Positions 9,488-22,300 of a stretch of DNA of 64,000 nt are shown piece after piece (position 1 is the first letter of the stretch; every line of letters begins with the position of its first letter). Below the pieces are notes generated by a model, which saw nothing but the letters and a program-made list of their open reading frames with translations, was not told the origin of the DNA and made no database searches. The stretch comes from Mayamaea pseudoterrestris (Eukaryota). The translations under genes were made by a program, and so were the position numbers. The stretch spans positions 992,001 to 1,056,000 of the forward strand of contig BROI01000004.1 of NCBI GenBank assembly GCA_027923505.1, written 5' to 3'.

Positions 9488-10788
9488 TCATTTTGGTCGT
9501 TGCAGGGACGAGACCAATTTGACAACCATGTCATTGTTTCGTACATTTTTGCACCAGCTCGAGAGTTGCTTGTGCAATCGTTCGTACCGATTTCGATTTC
9601 CATTCGCTATATCCGCTTCACTGCTGTTTAGCACGGCGAAGCCGCCAAGAACAGTCCCCGTCAAGTGACTAATGCGCGGCTGCAAGCCATGGTAAAAGTT
9701 CTTACTGTGTAAGATTGGCAGCTTCATCATGTCTGTTCCCTGAAAGACTTTGCGCTGCAATAGATTCTTGGGTTGCTTGTCCAGCACTGCTCTCGCTTGC
9801 GACATGATGCCGCCTTGCGTATTGGAGCAGTCAAGGCACTGTGGAAAGAAACGAAATTTGACTTTCATTCGAAAGAGTTTTCGGTACCAGATTCGGTTCA
9901 GCTCGTTGGCCACGAGTAGAGGAGGCATGTGCTGCAAAGGCAAATGGAGCGAGAAGGATCGAGAGACTAGACGATTGAGAGAAATGCTAAAGAAAGAGTC
10001 AATAAAGTATCTTGCAGACTCACATCGCCGTTAAACCTTGGTCGCTGGAAGAGCATACGCGTCCCACAAGTATGGCAGCCCGCGAGACGTCCCATGCGTT
10101 GCAGCGCCAATCGTTGCGTCTCGGTCGCATACATCGACGTTGCCTTGAGGCTAAAGACCCGTGGCCTCGCGAATGATCCATGGTGAACGTAGCTACTTGG
10201 TGCGACGGACCAGAAGCGTCCGCCCAAAAGCTTGAAAGTCAATAGACCCAGGCAGCAAATGCGTAGCGTGTGAAGCGGAATCTGAACAAAGTGTAAATCG
10301 AGACAATCATTGTTTCTTCGTGTAAAGGAATCATCAAAGAGTATATCTCTTTGGCGTCGCTTGGTGTCAAACAAGGTGGGAAGTTTACCTTGCACCACGT
10401 ATTCATTCGTCGCAATGGCAGCATGATGACTCGCCACCGATGCCAAACAGACACTCGCCACTCCAGAAAGACTTGGTATTGGTCGATTGGTTGCCGTGGA
10501 AATGCGCAATATTTGATGCATCACGTAGGTCGACAGGGCCAAGGTTGACGAAAAGGCAGCCGTTCCAGCAATCATGGCGTATACGTCAGACCGTTCCAAG
10601 CCTTGCTGAAAGCCGCGCTGAACAGTTTCGAGTGCATAATCCAAGTCTTGAGGGTCAATCATTGCTGCAGTTTCCTTGCTGGAAATCGTTACTAGGAGAC
10701 TAATACGCGACAATCCGTGGATGCAGAAGATGAAGGCTGCATGATGGAGATGCTGGCGATGAACGGCTATTGTTTGTCGCACCATCAC
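9488..10788 (-). CDS. membrane protein with HNH-like Zn/nuclease domain; two exons, intron 9932-10023; start uncertain
   Basis: A GTGAGT...TTTGCAG intron joins the two ORFs to give GCHTCG...GDHMPP...FFPQCLDCSNTQGG; hydrophobic segments on both sides. Confidence 0.75.
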
Positions 10789-10983
10789 CAGTTCAGCTAT
10801 TTACAAACGAATTGTCGCGCCAAGGCGCACGTTATAATAAGTCGCCATAACATACATACTAGTCGAGGATGAAATATGCAAACAATCCAAATTAAATTAA
10901 TTCTCTAAATTCCTTATTGCGGGGGGAACCCCCGCTCTTACGCTAACCCCTGAGAGGGTGGTCACGGGATTGGATTGGCTGAG

Positions 10984-11312
10984 TCGTGCCGCATCCCATG
11001 CGAAAAAGCGCGGTTCCTTGGTCTCCGGGTTTTTTGATCGATTTTCATGGCATCGCCATTTTTGCGCTGGATTTGCGGGACCAAGGAGGCGTTGCATTGC
11101 AACCAGCAAGATGTCATGAGAACCACAAGAAAGCAGGGAATATGATTCCGTTGGAACATTTGCCGCGGGACCAAAATTGAGTGAGTGAGTCGCCTTTGTT
11201 TGAACGAGGTGCAAACTGGTAACATCTTCAATCGTCGACGCGACATCGTGCCGCATCCCATGCGAAAAAGCGCGGTTCCTTGGTCTCCGGGTTTTTTGAT
11301 CGATTTTCATGG
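10984..11312 (+). repeat. perfect 67-bp direct repeat (10984-11050 and 11246-11312)
   Basis: tcgtgccgcatcccatgcgaaaaagcgcgg...gatcgattttcatgg occurs twice. Confidence 0.95.
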
Positions 11313-14308
11313 AGAGGATTTGAGCAATCGGCCAAAACAAATCAGAGACTCTTTGATTGAGCGGTTTGTTCTATTCTCTGATACTGAACCAGACCTGCAT
11401 ACAAGCGAGGAGATTTTATCAGCTAAGTATAACAAAGTGTCGACAGACGAGGTTGCCGATCAATCAACTCATTTAAATGAGGAGCAACGTACCGATTTAA
11501 AACGTCTCTTACGACGCTTTCCCGCTCTCTTTTTCAGGCAAGCTTGGCAAATACCCACACGAGCTAGTCCACATTGACATTGATCCACAAGCTAAACCAG
11601 TTCATAAAAGACATTATCCAGTGCCTCGAGTGCATGAGCAAACCTTCAAGAAAGAGCCCGATCGACTCGTCGAACTCGGTGTACTTGAGCCTTGCGGCCG
11701 CAGCGAATGGGCGGCGCCCACCTTTATTATACCAAAGAAGGACAAGACTGTACGCTTTGTCTCTGACTTTAGAGCATTGAACAAAGTAATCAAGAGGCGC
11801 ACGTTCCCGATGCCGCGAATCCATGAGCTACTGGCGAGGCGCAGCGGGTACAAGTTCTTCACAAAGCTTGATATTTCAATGCAGTATTATACCTTCCAGT
11901 TGGACAAGGAAAGCAGCGAGCTCTGTACAATTGCAACGCCGTTCGGTTTGTTTCGATACTTGCGTTTGCCAATGGGCGTCAATCAAGCCCCCGATATTGC
12001 TCAAGAGGTGATGGAGAAGGTTTTACAAGGGTTGCGCGACGTTGAAAAGTACCTTGATGACGTCGGCTGCTTTAGCGACACTTGGAAGGAGCATTTAACG
12101 CTGTTAGAGTCTGTTTTAAAGCGACTCGAGGATAGCGGCTTTACAATCAATCCAAGCAAGTGCGAATGGGGCGTCAAGGAAACCGACTGGCTTGGGTACT
12201 GGCTCACGCCGACAGGACTCAAACCCTGGCCCAAGAAAGTCCAAGCAATTGTGGATATGAAGCCTCCTACTAATCTCAAGCAGTTGCGCTCATTCCTTGG
12301 TCTTGTTACATACTATCGAACCATGTGCGCGTGGTCGCACATGCTTGCTCCTTTGACGAATCTCGTCGGCAAAAAGTCTTTTCAATGGGGTGCGCCTCAA
12401 CAAAAAGCATTCGAGGAAATGAAAGCAGTTGCAGCAAGCGATGTTCTTCTTCGCTATCCTGATCATAACAAACCATTCGTTATTAAAACGGATGCGTCTG
12501 ATTATCAACTCGGCGCCGTCATCCTTCAAGATGGCGTGCCGGTCGCTTACTTTTCGCGCAAGCTCAACAGCGCCCAAGTCAATTATACCACCATTGAAAA
12601 GGAATTGCTAAGTATTGTTGAAACGCTCAAAACGTTTCGTTCGATGCTGCTTGGTGCGCGTTTGCAAATCCATACGGACCATAAAAATCTCACCCACGAG
12701 TTGACCGCCTTCCAAACGCAGCGCGTCCTTCGATGGCGTCTGTACTTGGAGGAATTCGGACCCGAGTTCCTTTACCTCAAAGGGGAGCTTAATACTGTTG
12801 CAGATGCTCTTTCAAGGGTTCCAACGGCAAGGGAAACCTCTCTAGTGGGGGAGAGCCCTGTTGATGTTTTAAAGCAACAACAGGATGCCCGACAAAAGGA
12901 AGCGCAAGAGGCAGCAGTGCCCATGCGACATACCCATCACGATGACAACTTACACGGTGTCAACGATGGCCATCACGATGGCGGCGTTCTTGCACATTCA
13001 ATTGAATCAACAACAAACGACCATGGGGAAAGGCAAATTGAAGAGCTATCAATTGCTAATGAAGGTTACTGTCTCCTACGGGACGAACCAGAGCTTGCAG
13101 AGTGCCTGCTCCTCCATCCGGAGTTCGACGAACAAGGGCGATATCCCCTGTCGTATTCAACCATTGCCGAGTATCAACAAGAAGATGCAACGCTAATGGC
13201 CGCAGTCCAAAACCAAGACGCGACAACCATACAATACAAACAACTTGGAGACGTTCAGATTGTTGTATTCCAAGCAGACGAACGCTGGCGAATCTGCATC
13301 CCCAGTGCGATCCTCGATCGCTTGATTCTTTGGTACCACCTCTCAATGGCCCACGCTGGAATGACTCGCCTCACAACGAGCATCAAACAGCACTTTTACC
13401 ATCCTAAGCTCAAGCAGCGCGTCGAGCATCTTGTTGGTGCTTGCGATACTTGCCAACGCAACAAAGGAGGCAGTCGCCAATATGGAGAGCTGCCAGCGAG
13501 AGACGTGCGCGTCGCTCCTTGGTATGAAGTCCACGTTGACCTCATCGGCCCATGGAAAGTATCAGTGAACGGCATTGACTGTTATTTCAGAGCGTTAACG
13601 ATGATTGACCCAGTTACTAACCTTGTCGAAATTGTTCGCTATCAGGACAAGTCGGCGTATCATATCGGCCGTCTCTTTGAAGACAACTGGCTCTCTCGCT
13701 ATCCTCGACCAATGCGACTCGTTGCCGACCAAGGCAGTGAGTTTAAAGGAGCATTTGGAACCATCCTTGAACACAATGGGATTGAATGGCATGCCGCTTC
13801 GGCCAAGACGCCCACTGCTAACAGCATTTGCGAGCGCTGTCACCTCGTTATTGGCAACGTGCTTCGTACACTTGTACACGCTCATCCGCCCGAGGATTTG
13901 ATGGAAGCTGACGATATAATCGATCAATGCCTCGCGACAGCAATGCATGCAACACGAGTTGTATCAAGTGGAGCTCTTGATAACCTTTCTCCCGGCGCCG
14001 TCGTCTTTCAACGCGACATGTTTCTGGATATACCTTTGGTTGCCGGACAATCTAGCTATCTCTGTTAGAGCGAAGGATTGTCAATGAACGTTTGCTCCAG
14101 AGCGATTCGGAGACTGACTCATGACTTTAAAGTTGACGAGCAGATCCTCAAGAAGGTATACGACCCTAACAAGCTCGAAGAACGATGGATCGGTCCTTAT
14201 TCAATTGAACAAGTCCACGTTAATGGAACGGTTACCATTCGCCTCTCGCCTATGGTGACTGACCGAGTTAATATTCGGCGTATCAAGCCGTACCGGCAAG
14301 ACGTCTAA
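11313..14308 (+). pseudogene. Gypsy pol with frameshifts at ~11530-11534 (extra T) and ~14040-14110; main intact ORF 11621..14068
   Basis: Removing one T restores [27 protein letters not shown]. The tail HDFKVDEQIL..WIGPY..NIRRIKPY is in another frame. Confidence 0.85.
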
Positions 14309-14454
14309 GGTTTGCGCAGCTCCCTTGCTTCAATCTACCAAGATCGAGCTAAATTACGGCACCCTGTGCGACAGGAAGGCCGCTGCCACTTTACAAACAA
14401 GAAGGAAGACATTTTACCCCAGCTACCCTCATGGTCGCTCTTAGTGTGGGAGAG

Positions 14455-14680
14455 TGTGCTATCTGACACGATTCACATGCACCGGCCCGTCCTCAACGGC
14501 GAGCCGGACAGTCAACGGACACGCCCGTCGGGTATTAGCGAAGATGGGCGATCCTGTTGCGACATCTGCGATCCTCGCTCTTTTAAAGCGATGGCTCGCC
14601 ATGGAGGCAATCTTCAATTGCAGTCTTTTAAAATACCATCATAATTTCCATTTACATATCATCCTACGATAGGTACTTCA
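14455..14680 (+). repeat. probable 3' LTR (TG...CA) preceded by polypurine tract GGGAGAG
   Basis: gtgggagag|TGTGCT at 14446-14460, ~150 nt after the pol stop. The end at ...gtacttCA 14680 is tentative because no second copy is present. Confidence 0.5.
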
Positions 14681-15118
14681 GCGTCATCCTCTTTGCTTCG
14701 CCGCAAACCCACAATACGAAACATACTCGGACATTCCATCCGTTCGGCCTTAACAAAAATGTATTGAAGCCAGCTGTCGATTCAATATGTATGACGCCGT
14801 TGCTTCCGCTAAAGTAACTGACGTTTGAATCTTGACTATCAGCCGAAAAGTGCTTGAGAAAAGAGAAATGATTCGCTTCCGATCGACATCGCGCAACGGG
14901 CATCGTCTGCAGGTTTGCTTGACGTAGCGCAGCTCGCGAGCTAAAGCACATCATCTATTGCTGCCTATGAACGGTAACATCTTTGGAGCCTTGCTGAAAC
15001 TTTGAAGTAATCAGTTCTAAATCGCTCAATTGGAGCCGACTGGCTTTGCTTAATAAGAGAGGCCTATCGCGTATTCTGCACCCCTTCAAATCTGCCTCGG
15101 TTTCGCATTGCAGTCACG

Positions 15119-16216
15119 ATGAAGAGGGTCCGGAAAAAGCAGCCCTACCGTCGCAAAAAGCCCGTTGACCTTCCGCGTCGCGCACTGAGTGCGTATAATT
15201 TGTTCTTTCGGGACGAGCGAGGGAAAATCATGGAGGAGCAAAAGCTGGCTGGCTTGGCAAGCACGAGTACCTTTGGTGCACTCGGCAAAGCGGTAGCTGA
15301 CCGATGGAAAAACATGACACCAGAAGAACATTCCCGATATAAACAGCTAGCTGCTGAAGACAAGATTCGTTACAATCGAGAGATGGAGCAGTACAAGGCA
15401 AATGCGTTATCTGTCCATCAGCTGCGGACTGAAGAGGGGCGGTTAGCAGGCGAAATGATGCACGCCTCTGTCGGATATCCCAATCGATATTCTTCTCCTC
15501 AATTCCGTTTAGGCTCAACCATGTTGCGTCAACCGCATGACACTGGTTTCTCCATGGCTCAAGCTAATCCAACGCCCTTTGCTGCTGCTGCCGCCGATGC
15601 AAGCAACTTGTCGTTGCGCGACGCAGCTGGATTATTAGCTGACATACAAAACCCACTCGAACTATCACTACTATTGGGGGCTCAAGACTGCTCATTGTCA
15701 CTGTATTCGCGACTATTGGCTTCGCAGCAATATGGAAATGCTCATGTGCCCCTTGGAGCATCTTCGTTAGACAGTTTGGGCGCACAACAACAAGCTCCGC
15801 TACTACTAAACCACCATCTTGCCTGGGCGAAAGCTGAACGCGATTTACAAGTAGAGCAGGCGACGCAGCAACTGTATCAGAGCGCCATGGCGAGCCAACA
15901 GCTCCAGCTACTGACGGCGCAGCAGTCGGCGTTTGCCTCAACTGCTGCAGGTGCAACACAGCCGCCGCCAAACTATTTTGCCATGCTGCTGGGTAGCAGC
16001 GCCAATCAGTCGCCCCTGCCGAATGCCACTGCTGATTGCGTTCCAGGTAAGATTGTCTTGGACGATGCACAAGAACAAGGTGACGCGGCTGCCACAATCA
16101 ATCCCTTGCTGCGGCACTACCTGCGACAAGCGCAACAAAATAGGGAATCAGTCAAGGCGACGTCATCTATAGGCGCAGATGCGCTAGGTAAGTTTAGTAA
16201 CTTGCCGTGGCGATAG
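15119..16216 (+). CDS. HMG-box transcription factor with Q/A-rich C-terminus
   Basis: PRRALSAYNLFFRDER...FGALGKAVADRWK...YKQLAAEDKIRYNREMEQY. Confidence 0.9.
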   Translation: MKRVRKKQPYRRKKPVDLPRRALSAYNLFFRDERGKIMEEQKLAGLASTSTFGALGKAVADRWKNMTPEEHSRYKQLAAEDKIRYNREMEQYKANALSVHQLRTEEGRLAGEMMHASVGYPNRYSSPQFRLGSTMLRQPHDTGFSMAQANPTPFAAAAADASNLSLRDAAGLLADIQNPLELSLLLGAQDCSLSLYSRLLASQQYGNAHVPLGASSLDSLGAQQQAPLLLNHHLAWAKAERDLQVEQATQQLYQSAMASQQLQLLTAQQSAFASTAAGATQPPPNYFAMLLGSSANQSPLPNATADCVPGKIVLDDAQEQGDAAATINPLLRHYLRQAQQNRESVKATSSIGADALGKFSNLPWR

Positions 16217-16566
16217 GAGGGATACGATAGTAATTAGCAGACTCTTCTAGGCTTGGCATTTAGTACATCAGTAGCCACCGGTAGTTATAGAAGTAGAAAT
16301 GAGTCGAGTTTGTGAAACGGAGTAACCTTGTCAATTCTACGACTAAACGTTCGCAGAAAATGTCAGTCACGTGTCCATCGTTCCGTTTCCCCACAGATAA
16401 TTCTAAGAAAAGGTACACATTACCCTACAGTGACATGCGCCAGCCAGAGGAAGACTCCATCCACACGCGAGCGAATCGAGAGGCCTTTGCCACTTTTTTA
16501 CGACCAGCAACAATTATTGCGTTCGAGTCATGGCGAACCTATGGAGTGCTTGCGTGAAGTAGCATC

Positions 16567-17493
16567 ATGATGATGGAGCTCTTGTCCAATGCGTCAATGT
16601 TCGTCTTGACCGTGGCGCTGATTGTCTTGGCAAACAATCCAAGCTTGCGGCGAACCGCATTCAAGTTTCTGTCGTCTGTTTTGATGCTGCGGCGTCGCAA
16701 CAAGGCGGCGCCGCGACGACTTGTCTCGAAAACAAAGAGAGTTACATCGATTGGAGATACAATTACTTCGAGTGTTCCAACGATGATGGAGTCTATCGTC
16801 GAGTCAAGTGAAGAGACGGCGGACGGTGTCGAGGAACCGTCAGGGGTTCTGGCGGCGGCGAAGCAATCAACGGACCGGGACACAAAGCGAAACGTTCGAT
16901 TCGGCTCGCTTAAAGAGTCTGCGGTTGACGAACAAGCCAAGGTTTTGAAGAACGAGAATTCGTTAAACGCTAGCTTGCATTCCACGAATTCTGCGAATAG
17001 CCGAGTCAGCTTCCATGAATCGCTGCATCAACCCGTCGCGGCTGTACCTATTGATGCCTTTAGTCTCGATTCGATTCATAGTAGAGTTTCCAGCCAGCGA
17101 CGGGAAAGCAGTTTTCTGAAGAATCTGTCAACGCCAAGCTTGGAACGGCCTGCGCCAAGCATTCCGTGGCTTGACGATTTAGCGAATTGTGGCTCCTCAT
17201 CCGTGTCAAGCACAAGAGACGAGTCAGCGACGGTATCGGAACACGGAGGTGAAGAATTTACAAACTCGGCTTTTAGCGTCAATGACTCGAAAGACGAAGG
17301 ATCAATTCGCTCCGAGCTTTCGTGTCGTTTGCGAAATCGACTGGTGCATGGACCAAAGGCGGCACCCACCAAGAAGAACAAGTCTCGCAATGGACCCAGT
17401 AGCTCGGTGGGGACGGATTTTGAATCCATGCCCTCGTCACTATCGAGCGACATGCTGGATCGAAGCTGCAGTCCCTTTCGTGTGGTGGTCTGA
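16567..17493 (+). CDS. hypothetical Ser-rich protein with N-terminal hydrophobic anchor
   Basis: 308-aa ORF with N-terminal hydrophobic helix and RVxF-like motifs (NVRF, RVSF). Confidence 0.6.
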   Translation: MMMELLSNASMFVLTVALIVLANNPSLRRTAFKFLSSVLMLRRRNKAAPRRLVSKTKRVTSIGDTITSSVPTMMESIVESSEETADGVEEPSGVLAAAKQSTDRDTKRNVRFGSLKESAVDEQAKVLKNENSLNASLHSTNSANSRVSFHESLHQPVAAVPIDAFSLDSIHSRVSSQRRESSFLKNLSTPSLERPAPSIPWLDDLANCGSSSVSSTRDESATVSEHGGEEFTNSAFSVNDSKDEGSIRSELSCRLRNRLVHGPKAAPTKKNKSRNGPSSSVGTDFESMPSSLSSDMLDRSCSPFRVVV

Positions 17494-18040
17494 TAGCTTG
17501 TCGCCATGTTGCATGCTCGATGCGTCCTTCATATTTGCACCAAACTCTTGTTTATTCAATGGAATGGAACGGTTTGCGTGCAGATGATAATTATATGTAT
17601 TGATAAAAGTTTCTACTTTACGTCAAGATGATTAGATCTAGTAGCAAGAGAAAGATTAATGGCGTACCGGCAGCACGCGCAAACGTTGCGATGTGTCTTT
17701 ATTCCCCTACAGACGGCATGCAAGCAAGTATGCAAACAACACTGATATGGCCGGTAGCTACAGATGCCTCTATGTATGTGTACGTTTCAAGATAACTTTG
17801 TATTACACGACACCGAAATTGCATATCTGGACCCAAGACAATCCGCTCAAGAAGCATGCCAAACCGGCTCAGTCGAAAATGCTGCACTCGCAGCCAATCT
17901 CTCGCTCCTTGGAACAATCAGGCGCTAACGTCCTTGCTCGTTAATAACGTTTTGCCTGATTTCGATAAGGCTCACGTCCAGATGAATCAAAGCAGCACGC
18001 CATCGAATCGATCCAGATTACCAGGAATCGCAACCTTTTC

Positions 18041-18901
18041 TCACTCGCCCGCCACGACCGCGCCTTGGTCGACATGAATCTCTTCGACAGAATCAATATA
18101 TGAGAGCAATGGAAACTCCTTTTCCAGGTACTTGTTTCCTTGATTCTGTATCTTTCCTTGGACTGGCTTTTCGCGATACTCGGCATAGATGCGATCAACA
18201 TACTCCATGCCTTCCAGCACCACTCCGACTGGGGCAAAGCCTTCCTTATCCAAATAGCGATTCCCTGAAGCTTTCGTATTGATGAACATTTGCGTCGTTC
18301 GCGTATTCTTGCCGCTCATGGCGAAGGAAATTGTCCCTCGCGCGTTGGTTTGCTTGACGACATCATCCTTCAAAACGTCGTCTCGCCACTGACGTTGTAT
18401 TTCTGGGTCTGCCGCAATCCCAAACTGCACCATGAAGTTGGGAATGACGCGAAAGAAGCGACATTGATCGTAAAATTTGGCGTCCAAGAGCTTGTGCAAG
18501 TGTGCCACTCCAATGGGAGCCCATGACGGACGCGTTTCCAGTACAATCGTTCCATTGGTTTCGCCCATACTATTTGCAACAAGTCCTTTCAAATGTATAG
18601 AAAACCTTCGACTAGATGATTCTGTGGCTGCCACTGCTTGGACTCGTTGATTGCGAATAAAGTCTTGGGCCAGCAGCTTCTCCGGAGTCAGCAGTGGTCG
18701 CTTCACGGCTGCACCAGCGACCGCTTGCTGATCCGCGTTTGCCGCTGCTGCTGCACGCAGTGCTGCTCGTTGCTTGCGATCTGGAAAGCCGTCGTAGCGA
18801 AACAGCACAATGGCAAAGAATGTAATGCTGCAAACGCCAAGGAATAGTCGGAGGAGTGTGATGCGTTGTGGATTTCGAGTCGGTCGTCTTATCTGAGCCA
18901 T
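18041..18901 (-). CDS. cyclophilin-type peptidyl-prolyl isomerase with N-terminal membrane anchor
   Basis: WAPIG, FFRVIPNFMVQFG, NARGTISFAMSG, RTTQMFIN, LDKEGFAP. The MAQIRR start is inferred. Confidence 0.92.
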   Translation of the reverse strand: MAQIRRPTRNPQRITLLRLFLGVCSITFFAIVLFRYDGFPDRKQRAALRAAAAANADQQAVAGAAVKRPLLTPEKLLAQDFIRNQRVQAVAATESSSRRFSIHLKGLVANSMGETNGTIVLETRPSWAPIGVAHLHKLLDAKFYDQCRFFRVIPNFMVQFGIAADPEIQRQWRDDVLKDDVVKQTNARGTISFAMSGKNTRTTQMFINTKASGNRYLDKEGFAPVGVVLEGMEYVDRIYAEYREKPVQGKIQNQGNKYLEKEFPLLSYIDSVEEIHVDQGAVVAGE

Positions 18902-19318
18902 TGCAGAAAAATGTAGCACAGTTTCCTTTTGGCAATGTAATGAAAATGCTCAAATGAAATACAGCGCTGTCGGTCAATGTAATGGAGCACCTATATAGTT
19001 TGAACAGTGTTCAAACATTGGCGGCGATGCAGCGTTTGGCGTTGGTGTGGTCATGGTCAAGCAAGGCCGCGCGTTTCTTCCATTGTGGAAATTGTTGAGG
19101 TTAAAAGTTTTCACAGCGGAAATTGTTAGGGTTTAAGGTTCTCAATCACACAACAAAATCCACTGGAACGTTTCGATTGGCTGAAGGACGTCACTTGATG
19201 ACGCATTAGGCTCGGCTCGCGCTTGGCGCTTTCGTGGTTCATTCGCTGGGACGAACGACTGCTCCTCCATGAAAAACCTGGACCGTTCTCAACGCCACAT
19301 TTGCAGCTGCGCTTCACG

Positions 19319-22300
19319 ATGCACTCGTCGACTCCGTTGGCCATGCAGGCAGATAGCGAGGAGCGAAAAGGCGTCCATCGGAACGAAACTGCGAGCGAGC
19401 GCGCCGTAGCTTCGCCGCACGATACTTATAACGACTCGGCGCAACGTGCTGCTGCAACCACGAGCGAACAGCAGCCACGCTCCACTATGCAGTCGTTGAA
19501 CCAGTCTGCCACAATGCCAAACAGTGGGCAGCGCAACAGCGTTCATCGGAACGCAAATAACAACGCTCACGTTGTTGCTCAGCCACAAGACATGGGCAAT
19601 GTTGAATCACTACTTAACCGCGCAGCATGTTCTACATTGCCGCAGCAGCAAATGAAGCAACAAGACAACATCGAGATTATTGAAATCAAGAACTCTTCAT
19701 CAGAAGATGAATTGAGTAACCGGAGTGGTAGCAAAAGCAAGGTCGATGAGCGTCCCCAAACTCCAACTGCAATTACAACTGGACACTCAACTGCGGCTTC
19801 CAACTTATCACATGGATCTCTCCTGGAACAATTGAATAACTCAAATCAAGAATGCGGTTTTGATGATGACTTTTCAGGGGAGGAAAAGAAGGGTCTTTCA
19901 GTTCTAGAAACAATGTTTGATACTGCGTGTGGCACTGGTAGCTCCAAGGATGCTAGCGAGCATTCCGTGGCTACTAAAGAGCTACCAAGCCTTGCAAGTA
20001 GGAATGGATCCACTGAAAGTGAGTATTGAATGTGTGAATGTGCTCCAGCTAACACCACAAGTTTGCCAAAGCTCATGTACACCCATATTCTGCAATTACA
20101 GAACACCGCCACAGCTTAAATGGTTCAGTTGCTGCCAGTCACGGCACCAATGTCTTCACAGGTCCAGGCCAACCTCCGTTCTCGCCATTACTCAGCACTC
20201 TTGGACAAGGATTGGCCCAAGGCAGCAATCATGGAACAAGTATATCTCGTGGGAATAAACCGCAGCGTAACGCTGGACATCGGGCGCACAAGGGAAATAT
20301 ACACAGACATTCCTTGACAGATGGCAGCAACAACTCACGGAAGCGATCACAGCCTTTTATGCAGCAATTAACAAACGGATTGGATTCAACTGTAGAGTTT
20401 GACACTCAACGATTCACATATGACAAGGCAGCCAAGCGATTGATGCGCCACCGGGTACTAGAAGCATCCGGTCGACGTCAGAAGGGTTTTCTGAGCATTC
20501 CTTCGACCTCCAAATCTCCTGTAAAACGCACAAGGAGTATGATAAACAAGAATCTCACGACAGCAGGAAATCCCATTTGGTCATTGTCAGCAGAACGAGA
20601 GAAAGAAGTGATGATGGTCGGTTCAAGTTTTCAATCTGCCATCCCACCTCGTCAAATTTGGAGCCATGCAGTCAGTCATCCCTTGGCTGCTGGTCATAGC
20701 ATTTGGGATCCATCCAAGGCAGAACAAGCGAAAAGCAGGGGCGAACCTATTGAGGAGTTCATGAACACTGGTGGGTCACTTGATTTGCAGACTTTAAAAA
20801 TGGAGGCGCTACACTTATCTGGCTACAACATCCAGAAGGCCAAAGCATACATGCAGTCGCATTCTGACGCTGTTCACGCCACAAGCATCAACCTAACTGA
20901 AGAAGAAGAGACCAAGTTTTTGCAGCTTCTTCTTGATGACACAAATCCAAAAAAACAATTACATCGGATTTCGAAAACGTTGGGACTTCCGATGCGAAAA
21001 GTATTGATTCAATACTACCGCTGGAAGAAGTCTTATCCAAGTTCCTACAAGGTTTTGAAAGCAAAAGAAGCAGATGAGTGCGCTAAATGCCACGACGGTG
21101 GGGACCTGGTGCTTTGCGACAAGTGCAACAAGGCATACCACTGGAAAACGTGCTTGTTAAAACCGTTAGAATTTCCGCCTGCTCAAGACGAGATTTGGCA
21201 CTGCGACAATTGTAGCAATGGGTCCCCAGAAAAGTCGCGTCTTTTATGCATGAGCGGAAACAGACATCGTCATGCAAGTCCATCATCAGCCCAACAGGCA
21301 ATGCCAAACGATGTTCGAAACCAACTACGCATGTGCCATTTGGAGCTTCTCGATGATCATCAACCAGCAGTAGACGAAGCTTGCCGCGTTGGGGACTTTG
21401 AGAGACCAAAGCCCCAGTGCGATGGTATGTTCTGGGATAAAAGACTACGCGTCTATCGTTTTCGTGAGTCAGAGGGGCCAGATCGTTCTCAAAACCTGCG
21501 TCAAAATTTATTCTCGTCTCAAGACGGTGATGTGTCCGCGAATCAAGTAGGTATTCTCGCTATCGATGACGACAATGACAGCGATGCATCAGCTTCATCG
21601 TCTGGCATATCATCCTCTAGCGATAAGAAACAAACGAAACAAACCACATTAAAAAATAATGTTGAGATCCAAAGCGGACCTGACAGTTCAGATTCATCTT
21701 TTCACGACTCTGATATCGTGGATGATGGCGACAGCGAGGATGAAGAGAGAATTGACAACAAGAAGCAAGCCGTTGTACCTACGATATCTACTTTTAGAGC
21801 CCTGGCGACAAGCTCGAGTAAGCAGACGCCGCGCATGCCTACGACAACTTACACAGCTGTCGTTCCTATTGGAAGTAATGGCTTGGGTGTATCGTTTGCC
21901 GAGACTTTATCTAAGCGCATTATTTTTTCAGAGTACCGTCGCGAAAATGATTGTATGGGGCTTGCGGAGATTCAAAACGCCTTTAAAAACGTCAACGATG
22001 AAGTACTCGAGGTTGAAGGCATGTCGTGTGTGGACAAGCCCTTTTTTGAGGTTATGGAATACATTCGAAACATACTCGCAAGAGCGAAGGGGAGGCCGGG
22101 TCAGACAATTCGATTCAAGATGGGTACTTTGCCTCATAAAGACGCGGGCATTCGTTCTGCAGCCTTGCACGCACGTGCCCAACCATCTCACGAGACCTCC
22201 GTGCAAAGGTTGAGGGACGTTTATCATGGCCCTGCTGTAAAAGATCGCCATCAGCAAGCTGTCCCTCCTGGGCAAGAGACCTCCGTGCAAAGGTTGAGGG

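Larger units (their letters stand above)
11313..14680 (+). mobile_element. 5'-truncated Ty3/Gypsy LTR retrotransposon (RT-RNase H-integrase, PPT, probable 3' LTR)
   Basis: Domain order RT (DFRALN, LPMG, YLDD), RH ([17 protein letters not shown]), IN (HAG..H..CDTC, VDLIGP, DQGSEF, ICER), GPY. No gag, protease or matching 5' LTR is seen. Confidence 0.92.

Noticed and set aside
10830..10870. gttataataa... as the Gypsy 5' LTR start
   Set aside because: Lacks the initial TG and shows no similarity to the putative 3' LTR at 14455.
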